From Macrostomum lignano (lineage: Eukaryota): a DNA stretch of 64,000 nucleotides. This document shows positions 1 through 10,400 of this stretch, in pieces (positions within the stretch are counted from its first letter, which is position 1; each line of letters starts with the position of its first letter). The translations under genes were made by a program, and so were the position numbers. The DNA is taken from positions 62,001 to 126,000 of the forward strand of contig NIVC01000521.1 in the NCBI GenBank assembly GCA_002269645.1. Direction: 5' to 3'. The notes under the pieces were generated by a model, which was not told where the DNA came from, did no database searches, and saw only the letters and a program-made list of their open reading frames with translations.

Positions 1-752
1 ACCTTCTCGTCGTGAGAATCGTCGAACTCTGCAGAGCGTCGGCACAGCAGCAGCAGCAGCATCAACGGCAGCAGGACAAGCAGCGGCCCAACGAATCCAA
101 CGGCGACGCGGACAATCCGATAGCCCGACGATGACGGCAGCTGGACAATCGTGACAACAGGCGAGCCGGCTGCTCCCGATGAAGAAGTTGTCACCAAAGT
201 TGTTGTCCAGCTCAGCGGCAGAGTCAGGGCCAGCGCGGCGCAGCCGACGGAGATGGTAGCGATGATCAGAACGGCTGGACGGTGGACACCAAGACGCCAG
301 GGCTCCAACAGCAGAGACAGCAGCAGAGTCCAGGCGTAGCCGCATGCGGCCCAGTCGTGCAGCGCGGCGGAGGTCGGCAAGCGACTGCAGCCGGCGCCCG
401 CGCCACCCTCTACGTAGGCAGCTGCGTGCAGAACTCCGGCAGACAGCGCCGTCGTGACATTGTAGATGCTCAGCGCGAGCAGAGGAATCCTACAGCCGGC
501 CAGATATCGACCTGGAAGCAGCAGCAGGCTGCTCAGCTGCCAGATCGACCAGACGAAGGTGGCGCTGAGCATCGGTGGCAGGCTGTAGAAATACGCGTCC
601 GTCAGAGTCAGGGAAAGTCGGCTGATCATGCCGGCTGTCATTTTCGTGGCGACCGTAGCATCGGCTGAGACCGGAGCGGAGACCGTCTTGATGGTCTCAA
701 GCAGGGTGCCGTTCGGGCTGTACAAGTGGCAGTGCAGACAGAAAGTAGCCAT
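1..752 (-). CDS. Divergent rhodopsin-like (class A) 7TM receptor, 3'-partial (N-terminus to just past TM5; runs off window edge)
   Basis: Hand translation of the reverse strand from ATG at 752 gives 250 stop-free codons: MATFCLHCHLYSPNGTLLE...AYFYSLPPMLSATFVWSIWQLSSLLLL (TM1)...IPLLALSIYNVTTALSAGV (TM2)...GCSRLPTSAALHDWAACGYAWTLLLSLLLEPW (TM3 with extracellular Cys; EPW at the DRY position)...AVLIIATISVGCAALALTLPLSW (TM4)...GYRIVRVAVGFVGPLLVLLPLMLLLLLCRR (TM5, F-x-x-P). N-terminal NGT sequon. Not in the ORF track, probably because no stop lies in the window. Confidence 0.75.
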   Translation of the reverse strand, partial: MATFCLHCHLYSPNGTLLETIKTVSAPVSADATVATKMTAGMISRLSLTLTDAYFYSLPPMLSATFVWSIWQLSSLLLLPGRYLAGCRIPLLALSIYNVTTALSAGVLHAAAYVEGGAGAGCSRLPTSAALHDWAACGYAWTLLLSLLLEPWRLGVHRPAVLIIATISVGCAALALTLPLSWTTTLVTTSSSGAAGSPVVTIVQLPSSSGYRIVRVAVGFVGPLLVLLPLMLLLLLCRRSAEFDDSHDEK

Positions 753-1435
753 GATTTGACTTTGAAACGTCACCTTTTGCTAGCTGTGACTGCACCAGCC
801 TTAGAGCGGGGACTGAATCTGTCGATGAAATTACCAAAAAAAACTGTGCGAACACTGGCGCCAAGGGAAACAGTTAGCGGTCATTTGCGGATCATTAAAT
901 ACTCCGGGATCGGAGAGTGAGTGAGGGGATCAGGATGGGTCAGGATGCATCGAAGTGAAAAATGATTTCTGGTTTCAGCTGACTAATGACAGGCAGGCTT
1001 ATCCGGCCTCCTGAGCTGCTGAACTCACTGTCGCGATAAACTTTGCTCTGTGGCCGTGGCGAGAGGCCAAATAATGCGACCCCCGTCGGTCATCCCCCCG
1101 AGTTAACGGTTTCCGCTGTTCCTAAAATAATCTATGGATTCGGAAATTTATTGTCAACCAATAGTTATTAAACGATAGATACTACTATTGATGGCACTAT
1201 TCTGCCCGTGGTATGCTATTCAGTGGTTGGTACGAGAGTCAGGGTGCGTGCATGCATATGTGAGTTTATGGCCTGTATATCGCTACTTATCCGTTTGCAT
1301 GCGTGCTCAGGGGTCAGCAAAATGGCATTCGAGTCAGCGGATTGTAAAAGTCTTAAAACAAAGAGTTTACAATCAATGTAGGGTCATTTCAGTTGGCAGT
1401 TCATAACCCTGGGTTGCGCTCCCCTACACAGTTGA

Positions 1436-1978
1436 ATTAGGTGTGACCAAAACAAGACGAGACGAATTTCGCAATAAAAAAATTAGACACGATACACTAC
1501 AAATTCAGTCAACTACAGCCTTCGAAGTAATTGCCGCCGTTTTCAAAGCCTCGCTTCCATCGCTGGTACCAGCTCCTGATGCAACCCCTGGAACTCCTCC
1601 TTCGTGAGCAGCCTTGTCACTCTGTCCTTGATGGACTCCAAATCTTCAACTCTTATTTAAGAAACCTAAAAAACTTCAAAAACTGGAAGCGCCCTGTATA
1701 CGTTGTTGCATTGTCGTGATGCAGCAACCAGGCATCATTATTCTCCAATTGTTCGCATCGAACCCGCCGAATCTTCAACATCAGCCTCTCAAGCACTTTG
1801 CACTTCATCTCCATCGACCTCACAAAGCAGCTGGAGGCATTCCGATGGCTTTCGCCGAGCTTCACTAAAAACTTGAGATTACCTCGCTACTCGTTCTTTA
1901 TTTTCTGACATAGCAGTGTGGCAGCTATAACGAAAAATGATTGAAACATTATGAAAATTAGATACTCGGACTCGTACT
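1436..1978 (-). mobile_element. Internally deleted, degenerate mariner (Tc1/mariner) element
   Basis: The minus strand gives collinear frameshifted transposase pieces between 1911 and 1509: N-term MSENKE.RV..NLKFLVKLG..ECLQLLCEVDGDE; catalytic region KVLERLMLKIRRVR..WLLHHDNA; C-term DLESIKDRVTRLL.KEEFQG..WYQRWKRGFENGGNYFEG*. Ends (TAGGTGTGACCAAAA at ~1439; ...GGACTCGTA at ~1978) only loosely resemble mariner TIRs. Confidence 0.8.
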
Positions 1979-3150
1979 AGAAAAAAACTGCAAGAAACCA
2001 CAACTCAGCATGCCTGAGTTGTGCAGTTGACACGTCATGGATATTTGTATGGCCCAGCATACTCGTAGCTTTATTGCCTGCCACTATACTTCCGAATCCT
2101 CTTCTTCTTTTCTTCCGGTTGCAGTTTAGCGGCAGGTAATAAAAGCTGAGTAAGGGAGGAAAGCAATTAAAATATTCCCCAGAAATACTGGGTGAGGCCT
2201 CTGCTGTCAGTTCCGCCAGCAAGGCAGAGAGAGGCAAAAAGGCCGCCTTAAAAAGCTTTTCCAGCCATTTCGGAGCAAAACTGCTAGCTGCAACAGCTTA
2301 CCTGGTCTCAGCTTGATTCGGCTTAAATTCGACGTTACTGTCTCTGTTGCTAAAGGTTTGTGTTTATTAAAAATTGCATATATCCCTAGCTACTTATCCT
2401 GGGATTGTCATTCTTTATTCTCAGTCTGAGTAGCTCAAAGGAAACCTACCTGACTCTTTTGCCTATCTGATTCTCATGCATCAGGGCCCACCCCCAAGAG
2501 ACAGAGTGTGCGCGGTACATGCTTGGCAATGTGAGAAATTCAGGGCTACCGTACACGTACATTCCTCTGGCGTTCTGTCTGTTTCTTTACTGACTGACTG
2601 CAGTCGACCTTGATTAGCGGCCGTGGTTCAACCCCCCGCGAACAACCAATTTAACAAACTAATCCCTCTAATCCCTCACGTCCAGCGTCGTTCTCGTATA
2701 TTAAATCGGAATCCGTCACTTACTCCTGCCTTCTACCATTGTGATTTACTTGCTAGAAACTGTAACACCGAGTATAACTAGCTCGAATTATCGAAGCAGG
2801 TACACAGGAATCCTAATTCTATAAACGAAAAGGCCAATCAATATCAATAGAGCTATAAAAAAAGCAAGTCATATCAAAACATCGGGTCTGCCTTCTGTCA
2901 AAAGCAATTACAAAGTTTGTGCTGAAAATGTGTATTTTCGGTAAAACCAGCCTCCTAAAATTTTCCAAGAAAAGTAATCTCCCGTCCTTCTACTTGAGTA
3001 GCCCTTGTGGCATATATATATATATAGGAGAGCGCATGCGTACAGGAATCAGGCAACGCCCTATTAACAAGCTATAGCTAATCCTTGAAAATATGCACTG
3101 ATTCCGTACTAAGTGCCGCCTGAAATTGACTTTCCAGTTTACAGGCAGGT

Positions 3151-4779
3151 ATGCAGCTGCGGATATTAACCGGACTTGCGATCACCCTGTCACATCTCCT
3201 GCTCGTGGCATCCAGCACCGCTGAAGTCTTTGAAGATGAAAAAACTGGCGAAATAATCTTGTCAGTTACGTCCAGCCAGCCAGAGACCAGCTTCTACGGC
3301 GGTCTGGGCTTCACAAATTTGAATTGGGGAATTCGCAATACTTTGAAACGGTCTTTTGCCGCCGGTGAAGAGTTCTGCCTCTATTCGCCAGTGCTCGGAA
3401 TGAGAAACTTGACTGTCTTCATCTTTGTGAGCAGTGCAGCTTGGCATGATTGATGAATTGCTTCTGCAAAAGATTTTTTATTGGATTTATAACTCTAATT
3501 TTAGGCTGAGAAGTACTGGGACTCCGACGCCGAATTCGAGCTTCTCGACTCCGAAGGTGTAACTCTGGAGTCCAAGCAGATGACCACCGAGGGCAATCGA
3601 ATGCCCACTGCTCGAGTTAGTAAACGGGAAATACCCAAGCCTGGCAAGCATGCATTAATTTTTCCCTTCGATATTTTAGATTGAATGTACCAAAGATGCA
3701 GTATTGTATTTATTTGTCCACAGACTGCTGATGCACTTTACAGACGTGTATCAGCTCTGCGTCCGCAACAGGGGCTCCGCCAAAACTATCTTCATCGGCT
3801 TGCATCAGAGTCAGCGCAGCAAAATTATTGAGCTAACCAGCCTTTTAAACAACATGACAGCTGAATACACCATGACTGTGGTAAGTTCGCCCTTCCCGGG
3901 GTTCACAATACAATAGATCGTGCACCACAGTCCCATGTCCTACAGTCTAGAGATCGCACCACAGTCCCATGTCCTACAGTCTAGAGATCGCACCACAGTC
4001 CCGTCCTACAGTCCAGAGATCGCACCACAGTCCCATGTCCTACAGTCCAGAGATCGCACCACAGTCCCATGTCCTACAGTCCAGAGATCGCACCACAGTC
4101 CCATGTCCTACAGTCCAGAGATCGCACCACAGTCCCATGTCCTACAGTCCAGAGATCGCACCACAGTCCCATGTCCTACAGTCCAGAGATCGCACCACAG
4201 TCCCATGTCCTACAGTCCAGAGATCGCACCACAGTCCCATGTCCTACAGTCCAGAGATCGCACCACAGTCCCATGTCCTACAGTCCAGAGATCGCACCAC
4301 AGTCCCATGTCCTACAGTCCAGAGATCGCACCACAGTCCCATCCTACAGTCCAGAGATCGCACCACAGTCCCATCCTACAGTCCAGAGGCAAGAACCACT
4401 AGAAGTTACCGTTGTACCGACAAGTTACCGATACAACGGTACTAGCGTAACTTCTAGTGGACCTGTCAAGAGATTACAGTATGGCCCCTTACAATCAATT
4501 CTTCACATGACAGGTCGATCATAATGCATCACACATGACATGTTAATCCTTTTGATATTACAGGAAGTGATGTCTCGGATCGAGTATCGAATCGCCTCGC
4601 TGGAGGAGCTCGCCAAGACGGAATACTCTATCGTGATTCAGGACTTTTTCCGCCTTAAAAATATTCGATCCTGGGTGATGTATCGAAGTATCGGAGTATC
4701 TTTGGGCATGCTGCTCAGTTCAGCCATGTCAACTATGATTATCAGGCGCTGGTTTAACTCATCAAGGTCGTCAATTTAA
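3151..4779 (+). CDS. p24/TMED (emp24/gp25L) GOLD-domain cargo-receptor family protein, divergent; exons ~3151-3426, 3505-3619, 3744-3880, 4564-4779 (~247 aa)
   Basis: Signal peptide MQLRILTGLAITLSHLLLVASSTA; GOLD motifs with the Cys pair (SFAAGEEFCLYS ... LLDSEG ... VYQLCVRNRGSAKTIFI); coiled coil (EVMSRIEYRIASLEEL); TM WVMYRSIGVSLGMLLSSAMSTMII; short tail RRWFNSSRSSI*. Phase-consistent GT-AG junctions. The exon 2 donor is ambiguous (GT at 3620 or GC at 3644). Confidence 0.75.
3915..4388. repeat. 34-bp minisatellite (GTCCCATGTCCTACAGTCCAGAGATCGCACCACA)n in p24 intron 3
   Basis: About 14 near-perfect tandem copies read directly; explains ORFs 3920-4524. Confidence 0.95.
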
Positions 4780-4857
4780 CCAGGATTTTATATATGCTTG
4801 GTGGGGGTTAGGTTGCGGCGGCCTATTAAAAGTCATTTATGCGGCCCTTAAGTGTCA

Positions 4858-4930
4858 GGTCTGGTGGTGTAGTGGTTATCACATCTGTCTCACACACAGA
4901 AGGTCCCCGGTTCGAGCCCGGGCCAGACCA
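4858..4930 (+). tRNA. trnV-CAC: tRNA-Val(CAC)
   Basis: 73 nt. Acceptor stem GGTCTGG/CCAGACC plus discriminator A; D arm GTGTAGTGGTTATCAC; anticodon stem TCTGT/ACAGA with loop CT-CAC-AC; T loop GGTTCGAGCCC; T5 Pol III terminator at 4934-4938. Confidence 0.97.
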
Positions 4931-5882
4931 CACTTTTTGCCTTTTTACGTACATATTCTTAAATGGGTTTATTTGTGCATATCGATGTCATTTAAGCTTT
5001 TGTCTGATTTATGGACTTAAATATAATTGAATTTTAGCCATTTCCCCTCGGGTTGCAGGCTTCTAGGCTCACTTTGAGTAGCCGATATGTATCGAAATAA
5101 ACTATTTCCGATTTAACTTGCATGTATGGGCAAGTTCAACGTTCAAAGAAGCATTGTAGCGTGCTTCCATAAGGAACTAAGAACTGATTAGTTTTTTCTT
5201 CTTCAATTCTCTATGGACAAAATGATTTTTCTGCAGAGCGTAGACCAGTCACAGAGCAATATATTTGAGCACTTCAACTCTTTAAAGTAGTATGAATTGC
5301 ATTCGGCGATCTAATTTCCTCAGGCAGAAAATTATCAGAGCTTGATATCAAAATTCTGGCCGTGCACCGCCTCGTTCCTATTGGTTCATTTTGAATTGGT
5401 CAGAATTGCTCTCTGCATCCCTTAAAAACCCCTACCAGTGGTCACATTTTTATAATTAATAGGCACAGAGACTTCAGAAAGTTTCTCATTTCATCAAAAA
5501 TATTTTTAATAACAAAATTGGCATGGCTTCGGCTCCGTCGTCAGTCAACAGGCGACCCCCAGTTCGACAGTTCAGTCAGTGAGTACTTTCAACCACTGAG
5601 TCTATGGACTATGGAAAGTATCTTGAATGACTCTGCAATGTTTTGTCTATCAGATTCTACCAGGTATAGACAGACTTCGCAGTTGAGAAAGTTTGTCTAG
5701 AAATAGTGTGAAAATATACGTTTGAGACGGCCTTTTTAGATTTTTAACTTATCCATATTTTGAATCGACAGTTAAGTGCCGTTTATTACATTTTTAATTG
5801 CTGTACTTATTTGTAATGAATAAGTTTACGGTCCACTCATTTCTCCCATGGGCACTCAACTACATGTAAGGGACTACATAGC

Positions 5883-7313
5883 CTGGGGTTCGGCAAGCAT
5901 TTTAAAATTAAGGACCAGATATACATTGCTGCGGGCCAGAGTGAGAAGAGAGAGGTGAGAGGAGAGGTAGGCGAAGGGACAGGAGGGATAAAGCTGAGAG
6001 CGGAGAGGAGCTGAGAGAAGAGAGGAGCTGAAAGGGGAGAGGAGCTGAGAGCGGAGAGGAGCTGAGAGAAGAGAGGAGCTGAGAGAAGAGAGGAGCTGAG
6101 AGAAGAGAGGAGCTGAGAGGGGAGAGGAGCTGAGAGCGGAGAGAAGCTGAGAGCGGAGAGGAGCTGAGAGGGAAGAGGAGCTGAGAGGGGAGAGGAGCTG
6201 AAAGGGGAGAGGAGCTGAGAGCGGAGAGGAGCTGAGAGAAGAGAGGAGCTGAGAGAAGAGAGGAGCTGAGAGAAGAGAGGAGCTGAGAGAAGAGAGGAGC
6301 TGAGAGAAGAGAGGAGCTGAGAGCGGAGAGGAGCTGAGAGCGGAGAGGAGCTGAGAGCGGAGAGGAGCTGAGAGGGGAGAGGAGCTGAGAGCGGAGAGGA
6401 GATGAGAGCGGAGAGAAGCTTGAGAGGGGAGAGGAGCTTGAGAGGGGAAAGGAGCTGAGAGCGGAGAGGAGCTGAGAGCGGAGAGGAGCTGAGAGAAGAG
6501 AGGAGCTGAGAGAAGAGAGGAGCTGAGAGAAGAGAGGAGCTGAGAGAAGAGAGGAGCTGAGAGCGGAGAGGAGCTGAGAGCGGAGAGGAGCTGAGAGCGG
6601 AGAGAAGCTGAGAGCGGAGAGGAGCTGAGAGGGAAGAGGAGCTGAGAGGAGAGAGAAGCTTGAGAGGGGAGAGGAGCTTGAGAGGGGAGAGGAGCTGAGA
6701 GCGGAGAGCAGCTGAGAGTGGAGAGAAGATGAGAGCGGAGAGAAGCTTGAGAGGGGAGAGGAGCTGAGAGCGGAGAGGAGCTGAGAGCGGAGAGGAGCTG
6801 AGAGGGGAGAGGAGCTGAGAGCGGAGAGGAGCTGAGAGGGGAGAGGAGCTGAGAGCAGAGAGGAGATGAGAGCGGAGAGAAGCTTGAGAGGGGAGAGGAG
6901 CTTGAGAGGGGAGAGGAGCTGAGAGCGGAGAGGAGCTGAGAGTGGAGAGGAGATGAGAGCGGAGAGAAGCTTGAGAGGGGAGAGGAGCTGAGAGCGGAGA
7001 GGAGCTGAGAGGGAAGAGGAGCTGAGAGCGGAGAGGAGCTGAGAGGGAAGAGGAGCTGAAAGGGGAGAGGAGCTGAGAGGGAAGAGGAGCTGAGAGGGGA
7101 GAGATGAGAGAGAGGGGCGGAGAGAAAGGAAAAGGGAGAGGGGAGACGGGAGAGGGGAGAGGGGAAGGGGAGATGAGAGAGGAAAGGAGAAAAAGAAAAG
7201 AGAGCTAAGAAGAGACACAAGCCTTGAGTGGACTGTATTGCTATTGTGCAGAAGTTTCAGAGGACCGAGGGCCGGATAGAGAGGCTTTGCGGGCCGGAGT
7301 CTGCCGACCCCTG
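5883..7313 (-). mobile_element. Non-autonomous hAT/Charlie-like element enclosing a ~1.25-kb GA-rich 17-bp minisatellite
   Basis: The right end ...GCGGGCCGGAGTCTGCCGACCCCTG (to 7313) is the reverse complement of CAGGGGTCGGCAGACTCCGGCCCGC, typical of Charlie-type TIRs. The left end CTGGGGTTCGGCAAGC (5883) is a degenerate counterpart. Interior (GAGAGGAGCTGAGAGCG)n spans 5940-7200. No matching 8-bp TSD. Confidence 0.6.
5940..7200. repeat. GA-rich ~17-bp minisatellite (GAGAGGAGCTGAGAGCG)n
   Basis: Direct reading; source of the spurious S/L/P-rich ORFs 5874-7377. Confidence 0.95.
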
Positions 7314-7416
7314 ACTTATACGAGTAGCATATAGACGGTAGCTGTAACCGTCCTGGATAAACGACACTTATATCCACCTAGTTCTCATCAAAGTCTCCAC
7401 ATGGCACCGCAGAAAC

Positions 7417-10400
7417 ATGACCCTTCATCGGGCAGCCCGGCAGGCTCTGACCTCGGACGAGTGCCGCACCTTCAAAGCGGCGCTGCGAGCCTTCCGCGAG
7501 ACCAGCACCACGGAGCAGCTGGTTAGCGACCTGCAGAAACTGCTGGACGCACCAAAGAAGCTGGACCTGCTGCGCGAGATCGCCCTGCTGATCTCTGCCA
7601 ATCAGCGGCACGAATTTCTTCGCCTGGCAAAGAGGCGCTTCAAAGGCGCCGCCCTGCTGCTTGACGAGGCCTTCATAGCCGCCGAGTTTGAGCACCGGTT
7701 CGGCCGCAAGTGGCACGGCGGCGCCGGTGTCAACGAGTTCGACGAGGCAAACGGCGGCGATAGCAGCGACGACGACTGGTTGAGAGCTTCGTGGCCTCGC
7801 CGAGGCGTTTCGCTGTCGTCTTCGACTTCGTCAACGGCTGCAGATGCAGATGCGGCAATGGAGGATGCAGCCGAGGCGGAGCGGATCATAACGGTGGACC
7901 GCAGTGCCACCATCCGTCGGCTGAACGACGACGCCACAGCTGGACGCCTCATCAAGCTCGGCTCGGCAACGTTTCAGGTCCGTTTTTAGTTTTTAGTTTA
8001 GTTTTAGTTTTCAATTTTAGGAGGCAGCTTTTACCTAATTCGAGTAAAATTGTCACGGACAAAGATGTTTGCTATGTGTAATAGATTGAAGCTAAAGGCT
8101 TGTAATTGAGTTGAGTGCGTAGAAAAACGAAGAGAGCCAGATCATACAGGTCTTACGAGTATAAAGAGCCAGGCTCTTTATACTCGTAAGACACGTTTAT
8201 TTTATCCTAGGACTAAAGATAGGGTGGTTGGCCTGACTGCCCAGACCCCACCATGCTAGCCACGCGTGAAACGCAAACAAACAACCCGGCGCAGTGCACA
8301 TGCACTGAAACACACTAGCCAATCAGCGCGCTCGCAAATACTAACAAACTAAGAATGCACTAAGAGCAAGCATCCCCCAGATAGAAAGTACACCCCCCCC
8401 CAGATAGCAAGTAGCTAGTGCAATAATTTCATCAGCTAGTGCAACAATCTACGCACATGTTCTGAGCCTTAAAATCATAAAAATGGCTCAAGGATGAATT
8501 TTTTATATGAATCTTTTTCAAACTGCCCTCTAAACATTTCCACGAAACGTAATTTCCCATCCTTCTACTTGAGCAGTCCTTGGTCTCTCTCCCAACTCAC
8601 TCTTGCTTATCAACAGGTTCGCTACAAATCCCGACTGCCCTTGACCCTACTGGACAACGATATTACTGATGAAGAGGCAGCTCATGCAGCCTCAAAGGAA
8701 ACGGCGAGTCTTCAGCTTCAACAGTTGTCACCAGCGTCTCCGTCGCCTCCTCTTCCGCCGCCCCCACCGCCGCCTGCGCCGCCGCTTTGGAGGGCGGTCA
8801 AATCTCTAACAGCGTCGCCAACCTCGCCATCCTCGTCCTCTTCGTCCTCTTCGACGCCGACGTCATCTTCCACTCCGACGGCTGCAGAAGCGACGCCAGA
8901 CGAGGATTCGGATGACGAAGCCGAAGAAGAAGTCGAAGATCAGAAAGTCGAGGAAACTGAAGACACGGCGGCCGAGGACGAGGCGGACTTGGTCGAGCTG
9001 ATGCGGCAACGATTTCTGCCCGGTTTCTGGCCGCGACCGAGTCGGCAGCCGCCAACCAGGCAGCATCGCTTGGAGGAGCTGAGCAGCAGCGCTGATGAGC
9101 GAGTCTTCGCTCCTGCCGGGCACTTTGAGGACCCCCGGGACAGACGGTTTCCCAAACCACAACCGTCTCAAAGCAAGTGAGCATTCTAAAAAGAAGTTTT
9201 AGGGTAGTTAACTTGAGAGTTCGGGTAGCTTCACAGTACTGAAATGTCGCAACGCCGAAGTTACAATGCAGTAAGGCTTTTTCATTTCCTATCGAATGGC
9301 ACCCACAGACGCTTTGCATTCGACTCAACTCCAATAGAACAGAAGCAGCAAAAACAAAAGCGGAGAGACGTTAAGGACTCGCCGGGCCGGTCAGGAACAG
9401 GTGAGCTCCAAAGTACATTATCTAATTCGGTAATTAGTCAGGATTTTATAGCTTAGCGACCAAGCCTTTTACTGATGCTTGTTACTCTCTCACCATCTTG
9501 CAAATGAGTGCATCTCAAATGCATCGGACCACTGCATGCAATAGAAAATACGTTCTGCGCCAACTCCTCCCTATAACTTGCGGGGTACCTCGGAGTTGCT
9601 TCATTGCACGTGGAACTGGCAGCTAAATTGCTGTACGAGCGTAAATACGAGTACACTTTAAAGTACTTGGCCGTGCCTCAGTCACCGCTCTCCGACTCCC
9701 TTACCCTGCTTACCCAGCAGCCATCGCTGCAGCTGACCCGCTTAATCCTTAATTATCTTGTGCATGTGTTTTCTGGCCTAAAATACTGGGCAGACGGGCA
9801 GAATTTGAAGCGGGGTCGGGAAAAACTACTGATTTTTCAGCCATCGATCAAAATTCATCGCCTCAATGCTTTGCAGGCAGGACAGCTGCAACGTCTGATT
9901 GACTTTCAAATAATCCTTATTTCCGAAGCACGCAACAGCTTAATTTGCGTTTGAGATATCTTTTCGGTAGAGCAGGTTCCTGTTATTTTCAAAAAGATAG
10001 CTTTCTGCGTCATTAATCTCCCAGTTGCTGAACGACATCGGATATGAGCTAAAGCAGCAGCAGTCAACCTGCACTCAAATGCAACAACAATACACGCGTA
10101 GAAATCTACATTTACAGTGAATTTTAAAAATCGAAGTGAAAATATAAGTGATGAGTGAAGGCAGGGGCCACTTAGAACAAGATTTAGCCTCCCAGATCGA
10201 AAGAACTTGTTAACGTACTCACTAGCTCGTACATTCAGCTCCAGAAGCGTCTCTGAGCCCAGCCGACAGGGCTAGCCAGCTTCATCGCAGGCTACTCTAC
10301 ACTCCGGCGTCTCGGCCGCTACAGGCGTCTTACTCAAATCGGACAGCAGCAGCCGCAGCCTCCACCGTAGGGGGCCTCAACGAGGGCCTGGCCTCTTCTC

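Noticed and set aside
5874-7377. 448/489-aa S/L/P-rich ORFs, and likewise the long ORFs at 15158-17254, 23933-24821, 38818-39937, 53096-53795, 55871-57095, 57405-58418 and 59755-60882
   Set aside because: They are translations of tandem repeats, open in several frames at once, with no domain content apart from real RasGRF exon ends caught in some of them.
9174-9180. GC-AG intron (AAA|GCAAGT) joining PDZ-gene exon 2 directly to 10239
   Set aside because: A canonical 92-nt exon at 9309-9400 with GT-AG sites resolves the phases without a GC donor.
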